DNA from: Kangiellaceae bacterium
GTDB taxonomy: Bacteria; Pseudomonadota; Gammaproteobacteria; Enterobacterales; Kangiellaceae
Direction: 5' to 3'
NCBI GenBank assembly: GCA_041591085.1
Contig: JBFHSP010000001.1
Location: 1 to 53,848 of the forward strand
DNA length: 53,848 nt
Positions 49,844 through 53,848 of this stretch are shown here, piece by piece. A model generated the notes under the pieces. It did not search any database and was not told where the DNA came from. It saw nothing but the letters and a program-made list of their open reading frames with translations. The position numbers and the translations under genes were made by a program. Each line of letters starts with the position of its first letter. The first letter of the stretch is position 1.

Positions 49844-51364
49844 ATGTGCGGTATAGTCGGAATTGTTGGTAAATATCCTGTTAATCAAAGTATTTATGAT
49901 GCTTTAACTGTATTGCAGCATCGAGGACAAGATGCCGCTGGCATGGTCACTCTTGAAGATGGCCAAATGTACATGAGAAAGGCTAATGGATTGGTTCGAG
50001 ATGTATTTCATACTCGCCATATGCACCGTTTATCGGGTGACGTTGGTATTGGTCATGTTCGATACCCAACTGCAGGTTGCTCAAGTTCTGCAGAAGCTCA
50101 GCCTTTTTATGTTAACTCACCGTTTGGAATTGCACTTGCTCATAACGGTAACTTAACGAATGCGTCTCAATTGAAGCAAGAATTATACTCAACTGATCGT
50201 CGTCATATTAACACCTCCTCAGATTCTGAAATTCTTTTAAATGTTTTTGCTCATGAGTTGCAAAAAAGCACCAATATCAACTTAGTACCTGAAGATATTT
50301 TTAAGGCAATGGAGCAGGTTTACAAGCGGTGTCAGGGCGGATATGTGGCGGTTGCGTTAATTCTTGGTGTTGGAATGGTTTGCTTTCGTGATCCTAACGG
50401 AATAAGACCTCTTGTAATTGGCAAAAGAGACACAGACAAAGGTACTGAATATATTGCAGCGTCTGAAAGTGTGGCGCTGGATGCGTTAGGGTTTGAGCTA
50501 TTAAGAGATGTAGCGCCCGGAGAAGTGATTTTTATAGATTTTAAAGGAGAGATGCATCAAAAAGTGTGTGCACAGAACCCTGCTTTAAACCCATGTATTT
50601 TTGAACATGTATATTTAGCCCGGCCCGATTCATTGATTGACAATGTTTCGGTATACAAAGCGCGGTTAAGAATGGGAGAGAAACTGGCTGAGAAAATCCT
50701 TAATGAATGGCCAGATCATGATATTGATGTTGTGATCCCTATTCCTGACACATCAACCACCAGCGCGATGCAATTGGCCCATGGCTTAAATTTAAAAATG
50801 CGTCATGGTTTTGTAAAAAATCGATATATTGGTCGAACTTTTATTATGCCAGGTCAGCAATTACGGAAGAAATCTGTCCGTAAGAAATTAAATGCGATTG
50901 ATTTAGAGTTTAAAGGAAAAAATGTTTTATTAGTCGATGATTCTATTGTGCGCGGAACAACGAGTCAGCAAATTGTCGAAATGGCTCGAGAAGCTGGAGC
51001 TCGAAAAGTTTATTTTGCCTCGGCTGCGCCACCGGTAAGATATCCTAATGTCTATGGTATTGATATGCCTGCTGCAAAAGAACTTGTGGCACATGGAAGA
51101 ACTATTGAAGAGGTTGAAACATTAATTGGAGCGGATAAGTTAATTTATCAAGATCTCAATGATTTAGTTGAGTGCGTTAGAGAAGGTAACTCAGAAATCA
51201 AAGAATTTGATACTTCGGTATTCACAGGAGAATATGTTACTGGCGATATTAATAGCGACTATTTAAAAGGGTTAGAAGCTCTTAGAAATGACTCTGCTAA
51301 ATCTAAAGAAGGAATTGAAGACGTCGATATGGTCATTGATATCCATAACGAAGGAAATCAATAA
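49844..51364 (+). CDS. purF: Amidophosphoribosyltransferase
   Basis: [28 protein letters not shown]. Confidence 0.98.
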   Translation: MCGIVGIVGKYPVNQSIYDALTVLQHRGQDAAGMVTLEDGQMYMRKANGLVRDVFHTRHMHRLSGDVGIGHVRYPTAGCSSSAEAQPFYVNSPFGIALAHNGNLTNASQLKQELYSTDRRHINTSSDSEILLNVFAHELQKSTNINLVPEDIFKAMEQVYKRCQGGYVAVALILGVGMVCFRDPNGIRPLVIGKRDTDKGTEYIAASESVALDALGFELLRDVAPGEVIFIDFKGEMHQKVCAQNPALNPCIFEHVYLARPDSLIDNVSVYKARLRMGEKLAEKILNEWPDHDIDVVIPIPDTSTTSAMQLAHGLNLKMRHGFVKNRYIGRTFIMPGQQLRKKSVRKKLNAIDLEFKGKNVLLVDDSIVRGTTSQQIVEMAREAGARKVYFASAAPPVRYPNVYGIDMPAAKELVAHGRTIEEVETLIGADKLIYQDLNDLVECVREGNSEIKEFDTSVFTGEYVTGDINSDYLKGLEALRNDSAKSKEGIEDVDMVIDIHNEGNQ

Positions 51365-51367
51365 ATT

Positions 51368-51937
51368 ATGTGGCGAAAGATAAGTTTGTGGATTCTAAAA
51401 CAACTAGGTTGGACTTTAATTGGTGGTCCACCACGTTTGAATCAATATGTACTTATTTTTGCACCACATACTTCTAATTGGGACATGCCTTTTTTATTAC
51501 TAGTACGGTCAGCCTTTGTATTAAGGCCAAACTTTATTGGTAAACACACTATATTCTGGCCACCTCTAGGATGGTTCTTTAGGGCGATTGGCGGTGAGCC
51601 TGTAAATCGTAGTAAAGCGGAGAATGTCGTGGATCAAATCATTGATAAATTCAACACAAACCCGAATTTTAAATTCGCGCTATCACCAGAGGGTACTCGA
51701 AGCAAAAAAGATCACTGGAAAACTGGATTTTATCGAGTGGCTGTAGGGGCTCAAGTCCCGATTCAATTGGTTTATTTAGACACTTCAATTAAAGAGGCAG
51801 GGTTTGGCCCACTTATTTATCCTAGTGGAAACATTGAAGAGGATTTCGAAAAGTTTCGTCTGTTCTATAATGGTAAGATGGGATTTAAACCGAGTTTAGC
51901 TTCAGATATTAAAATCAATGAAAAGCCAAAAGGATAG
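51368..51937 (+). CDS. PlsC-like lysophospholipid acyltransferase
   Basis: APHTSNWD (HxxxxD), PEGTRS, WKTGFY. Confidence 0.88.
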   Translation: MWRKISLWILKQLGWTLIGGPPRLNQYVLIFAPHTSNWDMPFLLLVRSAFVLRPNFIGKHTIFWPPLGWFFRAIGGEPVNRSKAENVVDQIIDKFNTNPNFKFALSPEGTRSKKDHWKTGFYRVAVGAQVPIQLVYLDTSIKEAGFGPLIYPSGNIEEDFEKFRLFYNGKMGFKPSLASDIKINEKPKG

Positions 51938-53848
51938 GATTCAACCTTTTAATCTTTTTTATCCGAACAATGTTCGGGCATTTATTCTGTTTTGTTTTGT
52001 TTTAGTTAATCAGCACATAGCAGCGACAACGCTTGCTCCAAGGCTTCATGTAAAAAACTACAATATTGAACAAGGATTATCATTAGGAACGGTTTCTTCT
52101 ATTACCACAACGCCCGATGGTTTTTTATGGGTGGCAACAGAAGATGGATTAAACCGGTTTGATGGATATGAGTTTAAAATTTATAAGCGGCTATCAAAAC
52201 AAATATCGACCATTCCTGATAATTTAATCTATACCGTATTTACTGATACAAAGGGAAGGCTATGGGTTGGTACCGACGCGGGTGCCGCTTACAAAACAAC
52301 CGATAGCAATGACTTTGTGAAAATTATTGAAAGTAATCATCAAGCTTCTAAGCCTTCGGTTAAACAGTTTTCGGAAGATATTTATGGGCGAATTTGGATA
52401 TTAAGTGAAGGCCAACTTTTTATTTTTAATGAATCCAATAGTCTAATGGAAGAGTTTCGTTCTGTTTTTCCTGGAACAGCTTATCAAAAGCTCAGCGAAA
52501 TAGAGTCAATTCAAGCTGTTGGTTCTTCATTGTTTTTCTCAATAGGTCCGTGCATCTTTGGCTTTGACTTAATTTCATATCAGTTTAAAGAGCATTGTTT
52601 TAAAGATAAGCTTGGGGCACATGCTTATGTTAATACGCTCAGATCAGATGGTTCTAATTTACTTTGGATTGGAACTAATCGAGGCGTGTATAGATTTAAT
52701 CTATTAAATGGCGAAACCAATCCATTTTATGAACTTAACCTATCTTCGGGACTTGCTGAAACTTCTATTCAAGATATATGGATTGAGTCAAATCAAGTTA
52801 TTTGGATTGCAACGTCAAATGGTCTATTCAGGTTTCGAATTGCAGATAATGAAATCGATATTTTTAAGGAAAATTTGATTGATCGTTACTCTTTATCTTC
52901 AAGAGATATAACAACTGTTTTTAAAGATGGTTTCGGACAGTTATGGATAGGTAGCTATGGCGGAGGTCTGTATGTTTGGAATGAATTATCTGCTCAGTTC
53001 ACTCACGTTTTAGCAAAGTCTCAAGTCAGAGAAGACGGTGGTGTCAATAATGTTCATGCATTAACCAGTGATGAGTTAGATAATCTTTGGATCAGCACAG
53101 TAGGAGGAGGCATTTTTGTTTATGACTCTTTCAATAATGAACTTACTAAAGTAAATAATAAACAACTCGACAAATTATATACCCAAGCTTTAACTTTCGA
53201 TGCTTTTAAAAGACTATGGATTGGAACATTGGATGGGTTGTTTTATTATTTACCTGATAAGAACCAGGCTTACAAGATCAGTGATGAGCGCTTTGAAGAT
53301 TTAATAACAAGCATAAAAGAAGATAGAGTCGGAAACTTATGGGTTACCACATCAAACTCAATCTATAAAATTGATATTTCTGTTAATAACAATGTTCCTA
53401 TTACTCAAGTCAAAGATTATTCTTCTTTGATTTTTGATGAGGCATTACTAGAAGATTTATATTTAACTAACTCGTTTGTAGACTTAAAAGGTAATTTATG
53501 GATCGGCACCAGCAAAGGTCTTGTTTATTATCAACTTAAATCAAATAAGACCCATGTATTTGTAAATGATTCCTTGAATGAACAGTCGATCAGTAATGAT
53601 TTTGTTCAAGATATATTTGAAGATACACAAGGTGTATTATGGATAGCTACTGGCGAAGGACTTAATAGGTTAATTGTTAACTCAGATAAAATAGAAGAAG
53701 CATTTTTTATCCGTTATTTAGAAGATGACGGCTTGGCAAATAATTCTATATACGGAATATTGCAAGACGCGGCTAATAATTTGTGGCTTAGTACGAGTTA
53801 TGGTTTATCCATGTTTAATGTGTCAAATTTAAAATTTACTAATTTTAA
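51918..53848 (+). CDS. Ligand-binding beta-propeller (two-component regulator propeller) sensor protein, truncated by window end
   Basis: Read by hand: MKSQKDRIQPF..RAFILFCFVLV..GLSLGTVSSITTTPDGFLWVATEDGLNRFDGYEF, repeated D-x-x-G-x-LW[IV]GT blades; first and last codons share a frame and no stop was seen; start codon uncertain. Confidence 0.85.
   Translation, partial: MKSQKDRIQPFNLFYPNNVRAFILFCFVLVNQHIAATTLAPRLHVKNYNIEQGLSLGTVSSITTTPDGFLWVATEDGLNRFDGYEFKIYKRLSKQISTIPDNLIYTVFTDTKGRLWVGTDAGAAYKTTDSNDFVKIIESNHQASKPSVKQFSEDIYGRIWILSEGQLFIFNESNSLMEEFRSVFPGTAYQKLSEIESIQAVGSSLFFSIGPCIFGFDLISYQFKEHCFKDKLGAHAYVNTLRSDGSNLLWIGTNRGVYRFNLLNGETNPFYELNLSSGLAETSIQDIWIESNQVIWIATSNGLFRFRIADNEIDIFKENLIDRYSLSSRDITTVFKDGFGQLWIGSYGGGLYVWNELSAQFTHVLAKSQVREDGGVNNVHALTSDELDNLWISTVGGGIFVYDSFNNELTKVNNKQLDKLYTQALTFDAFKRLWIGTLDGLFYYLPDKNQAYKISDERFEDLITSIKEDRVGNLWVTTSNSIYKIDISVNNNVPITQVKDYSSLIFDEALLEDLYLTNSFVDLKGNLWIGTSKGLVYYQLKSNKTHVFVNDSLNEQSISNDFVQDIFEDTQGVLWIATGEGLNRLIVNSDKIEEAFFIRYLEDDGLANNSIYGILQDAANNLWLSTSYGLSMFNVSNLKFTNF

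Noticed and set aside
51970-52005. ATG 51970 as start of the propeller gene
   Set aside because: That frame stops at TAG 52003-52005; the propeller frame is the one opened by ATG 51918.

Overview
AT-rich gammaproteobacterial chromosome segment. Every supportable gene lies on the + strand; I saw no mobile elements, RNA genes or CRISPR arrays. 1-41.7 kb is a polar-flagellum/chemotaxis supercluster in Pseudomonas-like order: fleSR-fliEFGHIJ ... fliKLMNOPQR-flhBAF-flhG-fliA-cheYZAB-motCD-parC-parP-cheW-DUF2802. Between fliJ and fliK sits an 11-kb signalling block: STAS-cheY-cheA-cheW-cheW-soluble triple-PAS Aer2-like receptor-cheR-cheD-cheB (F7/Che2-type), followed by an HsbA/CrsA-HsbR/CrsR-HptB partner switch. 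41.8-51.9 kb is the housekeeping run asd/usg-fimV(hubP)-truA-accD-folC-dedD-cvpA-purF plus an acyltransferase. The window ends inside a beta-propeller sensor gene (51918 to beyond the end) that the ORF track missed. Four sigma54 sites, FleQ-type boxes and IHF sites are readable in the intergenic DNA. The best candidate for an undescribed system is the gas/redox-sensing chemosensory pathway, two STAS proteins, partner switch and Hpt nested inside the flagellar operon. All calls rest on motif and gene-order recognition by eye; no searches were run.
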